DNA of 64,000 bases from Bacillota bacterium (lineage in GTDB: Bacteria; Bacillota; Clostridia; Christensenellales; CAMQZB01). Location: the NCBI GenBank assembly GCA_044426085.1, contig JAWXUU010000011.1, forward strand, positions 3,069 through 67,068. Direction: 5' to 3'. This document shows positions 36,164 through 45,263 of the stretch, one piece after another (position 1 is the first letter of the stretch; each line of letters starts with the position of its first letter). The translations under genes were made by a program, and so were the position numbers. The notes under the pieces were generated by a model. It ran no database searches and was not told the origin of the DNA. It saw nothing but the letters and a program-made list of their open reading frames with translations.

Positions 36164-36247
36164 GCGGATATGGCGGAATTGGCAGACGCGCTAGACTTAG
36201 GATCTAGTGTCTACGACATGGGGGTTCAAGTCCCTTTATCCGCACCA
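36164..36247 (+). tRNA. tRNA-Leu (UAG), integration target of E2
   Basis: Acceptor GCGGATA/TATCCGC, anticodon loop CTTAGGA, long variable arm, encoded CCA. Its 3' part is repeated at 49005-49060 and partly at 49227-49254. Confidence 0.9.
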
Positions 36248-36251
36248 TTCT
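36196..36251 (+). repeat. attL of E2 (56-bp core repeat)
   Basis: CTTAGGATCTAGTGTCTACGACATGGGGGTTCAAGTCCCTTTATCCGCACCATTCT, identical to 49005-49060. Confidence 0.9.
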
Positions 36252-36417
36252 TAAAGAGCCTTTCAGAAATGAAAGGCTCTTTTACTTTTCCCTTTATTTA
36301 TGGGGGTTGTAGCCATTTTTTGTGCTTTTATTTTTATAGATTTTAATTTTTGTTAAATTTCATATTTTTGCTAAAAAACAGCAAATTTTCGCAAAAAAAT
36401 AAAAAAACTGTAATTTA

Positions 36418-36440
36418 TTGGGGTACTAATTGGGGTACTA
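36418..36440. promoter_or_regulatory. Candidate arm-type sites (2 x TTGGGGTACTA, 12-bp period)
   Basis: Direct repeats at 36418-36428 and 36430-36440, just 3' of the int stop. Related TTGGGGACTA / TTGGGGGTT lie at 48934-48952 near the other end. Confidence 0.5.
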
Positions 36441-36476
36441 GATACCATCTTAAAATCAATGCTTTTTTGCGATAGT

Positions 36477-37574
36477 CTACTTTTTGTCTAGTGTATTGTT
36501 ATTAAACTGCTCGGCTATTTGTTGATCAAACTTTTCGCTTTCACGTAATGCAAAATCTTCACGCACATCGGTGTATATATCCATAGTCATGGCTATTGTT
36601 GTGTGCCCCATCCACGATTGCACAACCTTTTGTGATATACCATATTCATGGCAATTTGTCGCAAAGGTCTTGCGTAAATCTCGCACTGTTCGATTTTCAA
36701 AAATTTTGTGAAATTGACGTGTAACATAATCGGGTTTGTAATCAAATTTAAGTTCTTTATCTCCCAACAACCGTTTAACACTATCAAAGAACGGTAACAT
36801 CCTTTGCGACTTCTTAGTTTTTGTCCCATTAACTTTGAAAAAGTTTTCTGTGCATTCTTTCGGATTAAATCGCAAAGCTTCGCTTCTGCGTTGCCCAGTT
36901 AAAAGCACGAATATATAATATTTTTTCAAATTCTCTGACACTGCTTTTGTTTTGAACAAAATTTCTTGTTCTGCTTTCGTTAGTGCAATAGAATGGATTT
37001 TATCATAGACAACAACATTTAATTGCTCCGCTGGATCAATTTTAATTACGTTGTTTATTCTTGCCGTTTTAAACAGTGATTTTATATAGCACCTTATTTT
37101 ATGCCTTGTGTTTCCGCCTTCGATATTATTCAAAAGTCGTTGCAAATCTGCATTAGTTATCCGTCTGATGTTTTTAGAGCCGATATTGCCACGGATATGC
37201 TTATTGGTTATGTACTGAATACTTTTGAATGTATCTTTAGAACATGAAGGCTTTTTATATATTTCTAGCCATTCATCAAGCCATTGCCCTACTGTTGTAA
37301 CAGTAGGCTTTTTTGTTTTTTCTGGTTTAAACTCGGCTTTCCATGCTTTGTATTTTTGTACTACAATAGCTTGTGTTTTGCCGTAAAAACCTATTCTTTC
37401 ACCTTCGTATGTGATTCTTAGCTCCCACACGTTGTTTTTTCTTTTTCTTAAAGTGTTTCCTGCAACTTTCATTATTTCTTCTTCCTTTTGGTTGTTATTT
37501 TGAAATAATGCAGTTTCTTTCGCACTTCCCCCCGCTGGTTCGTACCAGTTATGACTTTGTGTTGCACCATCCAT
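36477..37574 (-). CDS. Tyrosine recombinase / phage-type integrase
   Basis: NNVWELRITYEGERIGFYGKTQ arm-binding-type N-terminus. GQRRSEALRF, LRKTFATNCHEYG, GHTTIAMTMDIY. Coordinates give the maximal ORF. An AAGGAAG RBS favours ATG 37472. An upstream mini-ORF with a strong SD is out of frame (see findings). Confidence 0.88.
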   Translation of the reverse strand: MDGATQSHNWYEPAGGSAKETALFQNNNQKEEEIMKVAGNTLRKRKNNVWELRITYEGERIGFYGKTQAIVVQKYKAWKAEFKPEKTKKPTVTTVGQWLDEWLEIYKKPSCSKDTFKSIQYITNKHIRGNIGSKNIRRITNADLQRLLNNIEGGNTRHKIRCYIKSLFKTARINNVIKIDPAEQLNVVVYDKIHSIALTKAEQEILFKTKAVSENLKKYYIFVLLTGQRRSEALRFNPKECTENFFKVNGTKTKKSQRMLPFFDSVKRLLGDKELKFDYKPDYVTRQFHKIFENRTVRDLRKTFATNCHEYGISQKVVQSWMGHTTIAMTMDIYTDVREDFALRESEKFDQQIAEQFNNNTLDKK

Positions 37575-37710
37575 AAATGAAATTAATCCATGGATAAGTG
37601 CGTATTGTTTGTTGATTGCAGTTTGCTGTTCTTGGTTAGCTTCTGCGATTGCTAGTAGAATTTTTTATATTTTCTTTCATATAAAAACTCCTTTTAATTA
37701 ATAAATTCTT

Positions 37711-38052
37711 TTAATTAATAAATTCTTTTGATGTTTGAAGCCCTTGTATGTATGCCATGGCTTTTATTTTGCCGATAGCATTTAATGTGTTAAATGCTAT
37801 AAATAACTCATGTTCTTGTTTTGTTAATGCTGGTCGTTGTTCTGTGCGTTCAATCACCTCTTTATTTTCCCTCCCGAGAAGATGATCGACAGAAACATTA
37901 AAAAAGTCTGCCAAAAGAATGAGTTGTTCTGGCGAAGGTTGCCTTCTGCCCGTTTCATAGTGTGCGTACGCTTGATAAGTGATACCTAATACATTTGCAA
38001 CTTCTCGTTGATTAAGTTTGCTTCCAGTACGCAAGTTGTATAAATTATTCAT
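37711..38052 (-). CDS. XRE-family HTH repressor (cI-like)
   Basis: MNNLYNLRTGSKLNQREVANVLGITYQAYAHYETGRRQPSPEQLILLADFFNVSVDHLLGRE (track ORF extends to 38091). Confidence 0.8.
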   Translation of the reverse strand: MNNLYNLRTGSKLNQREVANVLGITYQAYAHYETGRRQPSPEQLILLADFFNVSVDHLLGRENKEVIERTEQRPALTKQEHELFIAFNTLNAIGKIKAMAYIQGLQTSKEFIN

Positions 38053-38106
38053 TCTTTGATAATAGTTTAAGTTTGTGAAAAAAACAAACAAAATGTGTGA
38101 TAGTAC

Positions 38107-38135
38107 TTGACATACTACATATAGTGTGGTATTAT
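38107..38135 (+). promoter_or_regulatory. E2 rightward promoter flanked by direct-repeat operators
   Basis: TTGACA (38107-38112), 17 nt, TGgTATTAT (38130-38135). AACAAAATGTGTGATA (about 38084-38102) and AACAAAATGTTTGGTA (about 38145-38162) flank it. Confidence 0.55.
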
Positions 38136-38341
38136 TAGCACATCAAACAAAATGTTTGGTATAAAATGCATTAATTGCAATCATCATACCTCCTTAAAAT
38201 ATAATAACGGCTATCTGGGTGCGAGCCACCCAGAACGGCTGGAGGGGCGGTGACAAAAGGGAACATATGAAACAGAACTAACCGCCGTGGGGCGTTAGAA
38301 ATAAAAAAGTGCTTGGCGTAGCTGGGCGAAGGATATGAAAA

Positions 38342-38611
38342 ATGAATAAACTGGAATTTGTTACATCGCATGGGGATGATTTGAAATCATTCAACGATGA
38401 ACAAGAAAGCAACAAGAAAACAATCAATGCATTGAAATTTAAAAATCAGCTGCTGAAAGAAAAGTTTAGCTTGCCAGAAACGCAAGCGGAGTATGAAGAG
38501 AACTTGCGAGTAATCAACGAACTTGAATTTGCCAACACGTTGCTGGCGAAAAATATCGTGAAGTCGCAAAACATCATCGCAAGCGCGTTGGTAACAGAAG
38601 AATGGGATTAG
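38342..38611 (+). CDS. Hypothetical coiled-coil protein
   Basis: 89 aa. First gene of the rightward operon. Charged and helical. Confidence 0.5.
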   Translation: MNKLEFVTSHGDDLKSFNDEQESNKKTINALKFKNQLLKEKFSLPETQAEYEENLRVINELEFANTLLAKNIVKSQNIIASALVTEEWD

Positions 38612-38774
38612 GGTGAAATCATGCAACATAAAATAATGCAAATATATAAATCTTTTAATGATTGGTTAAAAAGAAACATCAAAGAAATTATATGGCTAGT
38701 TTGTTTGAGCGGTGTAACATATGGTGTTGCAACTTATTTGCTAGTTCCATTGTTTGGAATATAGGCGGTGCAAG

Positions 38775-38987
38775 ATGGCGGAGATTAGGATCACGGGAAC
38801 GAAAGAAGAGCTTGACAGCTTGTTCAGCAAAATAAATGGTGATGAAGATATAAGGATTTCGCAAGTGCAAAACGTGCGGAATGAATTTTATCCGAATCAG
38901 ATCGGCAAGAATGCATTTATGGGATATATTAATATATCTTTTGTCGGTCTTCAAAATGCCAGTGACAAAGTGGCTAGAAATATCTAG
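38775..38987 (+). CDS. Hypothetical small protein
   Basis: MAEIRITGTKEELDSLFSKINGD... The ATG at 38775 lies inside the track ORF 38754-38987. Confidence 0.4.
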   Translation: MAEIRITGTKEELDSLFSKINGDEDIRISQVQNVRNEFYPNQIGKNAFMGYINISFVGLQNASDKVARNI

Positions 38988-39163
38988 CAAACTTTTTTCA
39001 TATGTGGGGCTGGCGTAGTTAGCCCCTTCCTTTGAATCAAAAAGGTGGATTATGTGCAAAAAATATGTGAATAGGGCACGAGAGCCCAACATATTTCAAA
39101 CTTAGGCGAATAGTTTTATTCGCCTATTTCCACGTAAAAATATAGAAAGGGAGAAAAATAATA

Positions 39164-39427
39164 ATGAATTGGAAAATATTAGCAATTGTGTTGATTGTAG
39201 TTGTTGTTATCGTTGGGGCTTATAGCTTTGGAATCGGGTATTTCACTGAAGAAGAATCCGTTGACGATGGAACGGCGGAAGTGCTAGAAAGTTTTGATGT
39301 AAGTGGTAGCATTCAATCGGACTTCTGGGATAGTTTCAGTGATTGGCTTTGGGCTAATTTGTGGTGGATGTGTGGTGCTGGTCTTATCGTTTGGGGTGTG
39401 ACAAGCTATGCAAAATCACGAAAATAA
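39164..39427 (+). CDS. pVIII-like small membrane protein (candidate major coat protein)
   Basis: 87 aa. MNWKILAIVLIVVVVIVGAYS signal-like helix, acidic segment, Trp-rich hydrophobic helix, basic tail YAKSRK. The N-terminus aligns with E1 13991-14242. Confidence 0.6.
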   Translation: MNWKILAIVLIVVVVIVGAYSFGIGYFTEEESVDDGTAEVLESFDVSGSIQSDFWDSFSDWLWANLWWMCGAGLIVWGVTSYAKSRK

Positions 39428-39444
39428 ATAGGAGAAAAATAACA

Positions 39445-40902
39445 ATGAAAACGAAAATTAAAAATAAAAGTAAAATTATGAAACTGCTTTCAGTTTCGCT
39501 TGTGGCTGTTCTGTGCATGTCAACGTTGGTGGGTTTCGCTAACCCTGCCGAAACGTGTTTCGCTTGCACAGATTGTGATGATTGTGTGTCAGATATGGCA
39601 CTTGATGGCGATGACATGCCAGTGGCTCAAATTGCTTGCGATGAAAGCTGTGGATGTGGCGGAACTGACTACACACTTTATGGCTGTGATTCCATTTGTG
39701 AATGTGGCACTGCAGTAGCTATCATTGATGACGGCATTGCAACTATCAGTGATGATTCAGAAGAAGACACACTTGTTGTTGGAACATACACATATTCATA
39801 TGATTTGGGACTAGCTTCTTATTCATATGATGAATCAGAACTAACTGCAGATAACGAAGATATCACAACAACATCATACAGCCCATCAATCTCTGGTGAT
39901 GCTGATGTGACAATTTCAGCTTCTGTTCAATATCCAGAAAGCGCGGACGGTGATGAAGGTCTAGTTCAAATTTACTATCTTGGACCAGATGAGAGCACTT
40001 TCGCTGCATATCTAGACGACCCAGAACAAGTCATTGCTGAAATCGATTATGAAGAAACATACACATATTCATACACATTTGAAGACCTTGAAGCTGGTAT
40101 GCATAAAATCATTTTCAAGTTCTATTCAGACGATGATGACGTGAACGCAGTTTACACAACAGCAAGCACAGTTATTGTTTCTGGAACAATCACAGAAATG
40201 TCAACAATATCAGACGTATCAATGACTTCTGGAACAGACACAGATGTTTCATTCACATTCACAACAAACGGTGATTTGGGCGACCTTTCATATGTTTGGT
40301 ATCTCAACAATACAGCATACGAAACAACAGAAGATCCAGAAATCACTTTGAACACTCTTGAAGCTGGTATCTACACTATGTTTTGTAGAATCAAACCATC
40401 AGTTGGAACAGCTGTCGATACAAACTCTTTCACAGTGACAGTAGGTTCTGCCGTTGGCGAAGGTGGTATTATCATCGTTTCGCAACCAAGTGACGTACAA
40501 GTTAAAGCTGGTGAAGCTGCAACAGTTTCAATCTCGATGACAGCAGAAGACGGTCTTGCTATTGGATACGAATGGTATATCAACGATAGTGCTATTGAAA
40601 ACAGCAACACATCAACAATTTCATTCAAAGACCTTTCAGTTGGTTCGTATGACGTATATTGTGACGTTTCTATCGATGGCGAATATTCTTTCACAACAGA
40701 CATTGCAACGATTTCTGTTATCGAAGAAGACGCAGACGCTGACACTGAAACAGACGCAGACGCGGACGTTGACAGTGAAGAAGATGAAGAAACATTCTTG
40801 ACAAAAGCAAACAACTGGTACGACGAAAACACAACTCTATTTTGGGTTATTATCGGTCTTGGTGTTGTCGTTATTATTTATCTAGTAAAGAAAAATAAAT
40901 AG
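39445..40902 (+). CDS. Secreted, C-terminally anchored surface protein with two Ig-like modules
   Basis: AGGAG RBS before ATG 39445 (track ORF opens at 39361). 485 aa. Cys-rich N-terminal part, long alignable stretch with E1 14260-15564 (..VSGTITEMSTIS..), acidic (AD/TD) linker, and a TM helix ending KKNK. Confidence 0.78.
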   Translation: MKTKIKNKSKIMKLLSVSLVAVLCMSTLVGFANPAETCFACTDCDDCVSDMALDGDDMPVAQIACDESCGCGGTDYTLYGCDSICECGTAVAIIDDGIATISDDSEEDTLVVGTYTYSYDLGLASYSYDESELTADNEDITTTSYSPSISGDADVTISASVQYPESADGDEGLVQIYYLGPDESTFAAYLDDPEQVIAEIDYEETYTYSYTFEDLEAGMHKIIFKFYSDDDDVNAVYTTASTVIVSGTITEMSTISDVSMTSGTDTDVSFTFTTNGDLGDLSYVWYLNNTAYETTEDPEITLNTLEAGIYTMFCRIKPSVGTAVDTNSFTVTVGSAVGEGGIIIVSQPSDVQVKAGEAATVSISMTAEDGLAIGYEWYINDSAIENSNTSTISFKDLSVGSYDVYCDVSIDGEYSFTTDIATISVIEEDADADTETDADADVDSEEDEETFLTKANNWYDENTTLFWVIIGLGVVVIIYLVKKNK

Positions 40903-40910
40903 GTGAAAAC

Positions 40911-42260
40911 ATGAAGAAAAATACTGTTAAAAAATTGAATACTGTTTTTGTCAGTTTTCTGCTGATATTAACAGTATTTTTCTGTTCTTTTGGTTCATGT
41001 TTTACCACAGCTTTTGCAAGTGACTTATTCCCTTGCGATTGCCCAGATTGTTCTGACGGCACAACAACAACGCAAATAACAACAGATTGCACAGCGAGTG
41101 GGTGTGTGGATGGTGAAATAACAACAGAAGTATCTTCAACATGTTTGACTTGTTCTGGTAATGCTGTCGTTTATACATCTACATCAGCTACATGTACTAC
41201 TTGTAGTGGTGTTGGAAGTTTTGTTTGTTCGTCATGTAGTGGAAAGGGTTACATCACTTTTGGGGAAGACATTGATGATTATACATCATATCATTGTATT
41301 GCATGTACAGCATGTGGGGGTTTCGGTGGTAGTCCTGTTGGGTATGGTTCATCAACTCTTGCTAAAAGTCAATTTGATTCCCGTGTTTTGAGTGGCACTG
41401 CCGCATATGGTTCGGGTTCAATTTCATGTTCTGTGTGTTCTGGGACAGGCACAAAAACAACAGTAACATCATCAGACTGCCCAGACTGCACCGACGGCAA
41501 TATATATACTACAGCAACATCAGATTGCCCAGCTTGTATCGATGGTGAAATAACAACAGAATCAACAATCACATGCCCAACGTGCGACGGCACTCAAATT
41601 ATATATATCGGACTGGACAACCTTTCCACGATACCGACAGTTCTCATGACAGAAGACACAGAATTCACTGTCGTATTCACATATGGTGAACTTGGTGATG
41701 TGGGTTCTTTAGAATTTGTTTGGTATATCAACAACATTGCATATAAAGTCACGGATACGGCGAGTTTAACACTCACTGAGCTTCCAGTGGGTATTTATGG
41801 AATGTATTGTGAAATAACTTCATCGGTAGGTTTTTCCACAACCACAAACCAGTTTGAAATACAAGTGAATCCAGCACAGCAAACGACGTATATTCAAATA
41901 GCACAGCAACCTTCATCTTATACGATTAAGCAAGGGGAATCGGTGGCTATTGAACTCGATGAAGAAAATGCTTCAGCAGTTGTTTGGTATGTGAACGATA
42001 TTGAAACAGCGTCTGACGTCATGGAAATTGACCTTTCCGTTTATGATATCGGGGTTTATGAAATCTATTGTGAATATACAATCGAAGAAGAAAGCTTCAC
42101 ATCAGACGTCGCAACGGTTTCTATCGTTAACGATGACGGTTTTACAGAAGATATTGAATCAGCTTGGGATAATGTTGTCAGTGGCTTCTGGATAGCTATT
42201 GGGGCGGGTCTTGCAGCTGCATTACTTGCATATCTTGCAGTCAAAGCAAGTAAAAAATAG
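40911..42260 (+). CDS. Secreted Cys-knuckle protein with two Ig-like modules and a C-terminal anchor
   Basis: 449 aa. The N-terminal half aligns with the N-terminal half of E1 16341-17906 (CPDCSDGTTTTQITTDC..CLTCSGNAVVYTSTSATCTTCSGVG). TM helix ending KASKK. Confidence 0.8.
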   Translation: MKKNTVKKLNTVFVSFLLILTVFFCSFGSCFTTAFASDLFPCDCPDCSDGTTTTQITTDCTASGCVDGEITTEVSSTCLTCSGNAVVYTSTSATCTTCSGVGSFVCSSCSGKGYITFGEDIDDYTSYHCIACTACGGFGGSPVGYGSSTLAKSQFDSRVLSGTAAYGSGSISCSVCSGTGTKTTVTSSDCPDCTDGNIYTTATSDCPACIDGEITTESTITCPTCDGTQIIYIGLDNLSTIPTVLMTEDTEFTVVFTYGELGDVGSLEFVWYINNIAYKVTDTASLTLTELPVGIYGMYCEITSSVGFSTTTNQFEIQVNPAQQTTYIQIAQQPSSYTIKQGESVAIELDEENASAVVWYVNDIETASDVMEIDLSVYDIGVYEIYCEYTIEEESFTSDVATVSIVNDDGFTEDIESAWDNVVSGFWIAIGAGLAAALLAYLAVKASKK

Positions 42261-42272
42261 GAAGGTACTGCA

Positions 42273-43250
42273 ATGAAAAAAGCACGACAACAATTTAATA
42301 AACGAATATTTGCATTCATGATTGCTGTTGTGCTTTTATTCAGCGCGGTAGTCCCAACTGTGGTTTATGCAAGTAGTTATTATGAATGTGACTGCACGGC
42401 ATGCGTTGATGGGGTGATAACAACAACGTCAACAATCGATTGCACTAACACAGCTTGCGTGAATGGCACAGTGTCAACAACAGTTTCTTCAACTTGCACG
42501 GCTTGCAGTGGCAGTGGTTATAGTTATTCATTTTGCCCAACTTGTGGCGGTGAAGGATATTATGTCACGCCTATCTATTATAAAGAAACCACTGTTGTCG
42601 GGTATCTGCTTTACGGTTGCACAACTTGTGGCGGTTCTGGTGATTCTTCTGCAGTTAGTTATTCTGATTTGAATTTCGACAACATCACATACGGCTGTGG
42701 ACGGGCTGTCTGCTCATCTTGTACAAACGGCACTGTATACACCACAACAACGGAAACTTGCACAACGTGTTCTGGCATTGGAACGCTCACAGAAACAACA
42801 TTTGAAGACTGCACCACATGTGACGGCAGTGGAAGCTTTGTTTATGGGATAGACAATATATCCAGAATATCCACGCAAATTATATCGCTGGGTGATAGCA
42901 AAGAAGTTTCTTTCACTTTCGATACTGTTGGTGATGTTGGGGATATTGAATATTATTGGTTTGTTGATGACGTGATGACCAAAATGACAATTGAATCAAA
43001 TTATACGATAGATATTGCAACAGTTGGAACATATGAAATCTATTGCACAATAGTTCCCGCGGTTGGGTATACGTATCAGACGAATACTTTTAAGGTGTAT
43101 GTGACTGGCTCAATTTTTGACAGTTCAAGCACTGATACTGATGATAGCAGTTCGCTTTCGGGGGTAAATATGAATTATGTTTATATAGCACTTGCGGTTT
43201 TAGCTGTTTGCGTGATAGCGGGTGTAGTGATTATAAGAAAAAGGGGGTAA
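42273..43250 (+). CDS. Secreted Cys-knuckle protein with one Ig-like module and a C-terminal anchor
   Basis: 325 aa. It aligns with the second half of E1 16341-17906 (FCPTCGGEGYYVTPIYYKETTVVGYLLYGCTTCGGSGDSSAVSYSDLNFDNITYGCG). TM helix ending IRKRG. Confidence 0.8.
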   Translation: MKKARQQFNKRIFAFMIAVVLLFSAVVPTVVYASSYYECDCTACVDGVITTTSTIDCTNTACVNGTVSTTVSSTCTACSGSGYSYSFCPTCGGEGYYVTPIYYKETTVVGYLLYGCTTCGGSGDSSAVSYSDLNFDNITYGCGRAVCSSCTNGTVYTTTTETCTTCSGIGTLTETTFEDCTTCDGSGSFVYGIDNISRISTQIISLGDSKEVSFTFDTVGDVGDIEYYWFVDDVMTKMTIESNYTIDIATVGTYEIYCTIVPAVGYTYQTNTFKVYVTGSIFDSSSTDTDDSSSLSGVNMNYVYIALAVLAVCVIAGVVIIRKRG

Positions 43251-43254
43251 TAAA

Positions 43255-43395
43255 ATGCTTAATCTTTTACGATTTATTATAATCCTATTCATCGTGTTAT
43301 TTGCGGTGGATTATTTGGGTTATATAGATTTTTTTGAGTTCGTTGAACCAGACACAGCGATTTTCAGCTTTTTGAGCGGGATATTTGGAGAATAA
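43255..43395 (+). CDS. Conserved 46-aa hydrophobic micro-protein
   Basis: MLNLLRFIIILFIVLFAVDYLGYIDFFEFVEPDTAIFSFLSGIFGE. GGGGG RBS. Not in the ORF track (under 60 aa). Homologue of E1 17909-18040. Confidence 0.65.
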   Translation: MLNLLRFIIILFIVLFAVDYLGYIDFFEFVEPDTAIFSFLSGIFGE

Positions 43396-43398
43396 AAT

Positions 43399-44970
43399 AT
43401 GAAAACAATGAAAAATAAAATAAAAAACAACAACAAAAGAATACTCGCATTGACCCTCACACTTTGCGTTATTCTAGCACTCTTTGCGGGTTGCACGTTC
43501 AGTTCTGCAGATACTTGCACGGATCCAAACTGCACAAGCTGTAGCCATGTTGTTTACGCTTCTGAATATGATGTCGAAGTAGCGGCTTACATAGATTGTC
43601 CAGATTGTACGGGCGGTGGTGAATATGTTACAACCACAAGCGATTGCACAACGTGTGGTGGTGATGGTTTAGTTGGTTCATTTGCTACTGTCTCTTGTAC
43701 AAATTGTAATGGTACTGGATATGCTGATTCTACTATCACATGTACTGCATGTAGTGGCTCTGGTCTCTTGGAGTGTTCAACATGTAGTGGATTGGGTTAT
43801 TACGATGTTATAGAAGAGGGCACTGGAACACCTATACGTTATACTTGTGCAGATTGTGGTGGTTGTGGAAAAAGAATGGGTTCTTTTACAACAACTGGAA
43901 CTGGTTATGTTTCTTGCACTATATGTGGTGGTGATGGATTATATGATACATCGCGTTGTACAGAGTGTGATGGTTCGGGGAGTACATATTCTTATTTTAC
44001 AGCTACATGTACCGCAACTGGTTGTGATAACGGAATTATTACTACATCTACTTGGATTTCATGTAGCACTTGTAATGGTGTAGGTGGTTGGATTGAAGAT
44101 GATGATACAACAGATACACCTTCGCCAACAATATCTCCATCTGTTGGCTGTTTATCATGTGGTTATGATGGCACAATTGCTTGCTATGATTGTGATGGAT
44201 TGGGGTATTACGATGTAGAAGAACAAGGTACTGGAACGCTGATAAGATACACCTGTGCAACTTGCGGTGGTGATGGTGGTAGACTCGATGCCGTAGGCTC
44301 AACAACTGGAACAGGTGAAATAGATTGTCCATATTGTACAGATATTTCTTATGCTACAATAACTTTTATAACAAATTATGCTACAACTGAAACTATGACA
44401 GCTACAATAGGTGAAGTTATTCCAACGTTTAGGGGCGTTTCTGCAGATAGTTATTATCTAACATCAGACAGTGATGGAGATATTATTGTTTCCAAAAGTA
44501 CGCTTGTTTCTGATGATATGACATTGTATATTTGGTTTGATGGGTACGAACCTTCATATACTTATGTTTATATTTATCTATTTGAAAGTAGTTGGTCGGT
44601 TTTTGGCACTTGGGAATTAGTCGATTATATATCTGTAGAGGTTGGTTCAACTATTGGTGATATTGAATCGGATTATATAAGCAGTGATTATGATTTGTAT
44701 TATAATCAAGGCAATACTATTTCCGTTTCATATTCTGATATTATTGAAGATTCTACCGATGGATATACATATATTTATGCAATATATAACGGTGATGATT
44801 CAGATGATTCAAGTTCAAGTGATTCCGCTTTCAGGGATGGTGTTGATAGTGCTCTTGATAATATATTCGGAACAGATTGGTTTGGTTCTTCAGATTCAAA
44901 CTGGTCAACTTACGTTGCAATAGCACTTGTTGTTCTGGTACTTCTATTGTTTATAGTAGTTTTTAAATAA
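43399..44970 (+). CDS. Lipobox-bearing protein with duplicated DnaJ-type zinc-knuckle array and a C-terminal anchor
   Basis: 523 aa. Lipobox-like LFAGC. Same internal duplication as E1 18044-19705 (CSTCSGLGYYDV..RYTCADCGG versus CYDCDGLGYYDV..RYTCATCGG). Cys-free C-terminal part, acidic/Ser linker, TM helix. Confidence 0.8.
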   Translation: MKTMKNKIKNNNKRILALTLTLCVILALFAGCTFSSADTCTDPNCTSCSHVVYASEYDVEVAAYIDCPDCTGGGEYVTTTSDCTTCGGDGLVGSFATVSCTNCNGTGYADSTITCTACSGSGLLECSTCSGLGYYDVIEEGTGTPIRYTCADCGGCGKRMGSFTTTGTGYVSCTICGGDGLYDTSRCTECDGSGSTYSYFTATCTATGCDNGIITTSTWISCSTCNGVGGWIEDDDTTDTPSPTISPSVGCLSCGYDGTIACYDCDGLGYYDVEEQGTGTLIRYTCATCGGDGGRLDAVGSTTGTGEIDCPYCTDISYATITFITNYATTETMTATIGEVIPTFRGVSADSYYLTSDSDGDIIVSKSTLVSDDMTLYIWFDGYEPSYTYVYIYLFESSWSVFGTWELVDYISVEVGSTIGDIESDYISSDYDLYYNQGNTISVSYSDIIEDSTDGYTYIYAIYNGDDSDDSSSSDSAFRDGVDSALDNIFGTDWFGSSDSNWSTYVAIALVVLVLLLFIVVFK

Positions 44971-44982
44971 GGTGGTGAAATT

Positions 44983-45252
44983 ATGACAATCAAAATTTGG
45001 TTTTTAACAATAAAATTCGGCAACAAACTGACAAGCTATGAAAAAAACTACATAAAAATGCTTATCCGCCTTTATAAGACAAATATACGAGCTTTAAAAA
45101 ACACGGAAAACAAAAAGCCTTATGAAACTGAAATTATCAGAATAAAAGGCAGAATAGACGGTGTTTGTGAAATTTTGCAGTATAGAGCGGAATTCAGCCA
45201 AACATCTGATGATGTCAAAATTTTTAAAAAGAATAATCTGATAAAGCTATAG
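44983..45252 (+). CDS. Small protein conserved upstream of the ATPase
   Basis: 89 aa. The C-terminal block aligns with E1 20066-20428. Confidence 0.55.
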   Translation: MTIKIWFLTIKFGNKLTSYEKNYIKMLIRLYKTNIRALKNTENKKPYETEIIRIKGRIDGVCEILQYRAEFSQTSDDVKIFKKNNLIKL

Positions 45253-45263
45253 GAGTGAATCAT

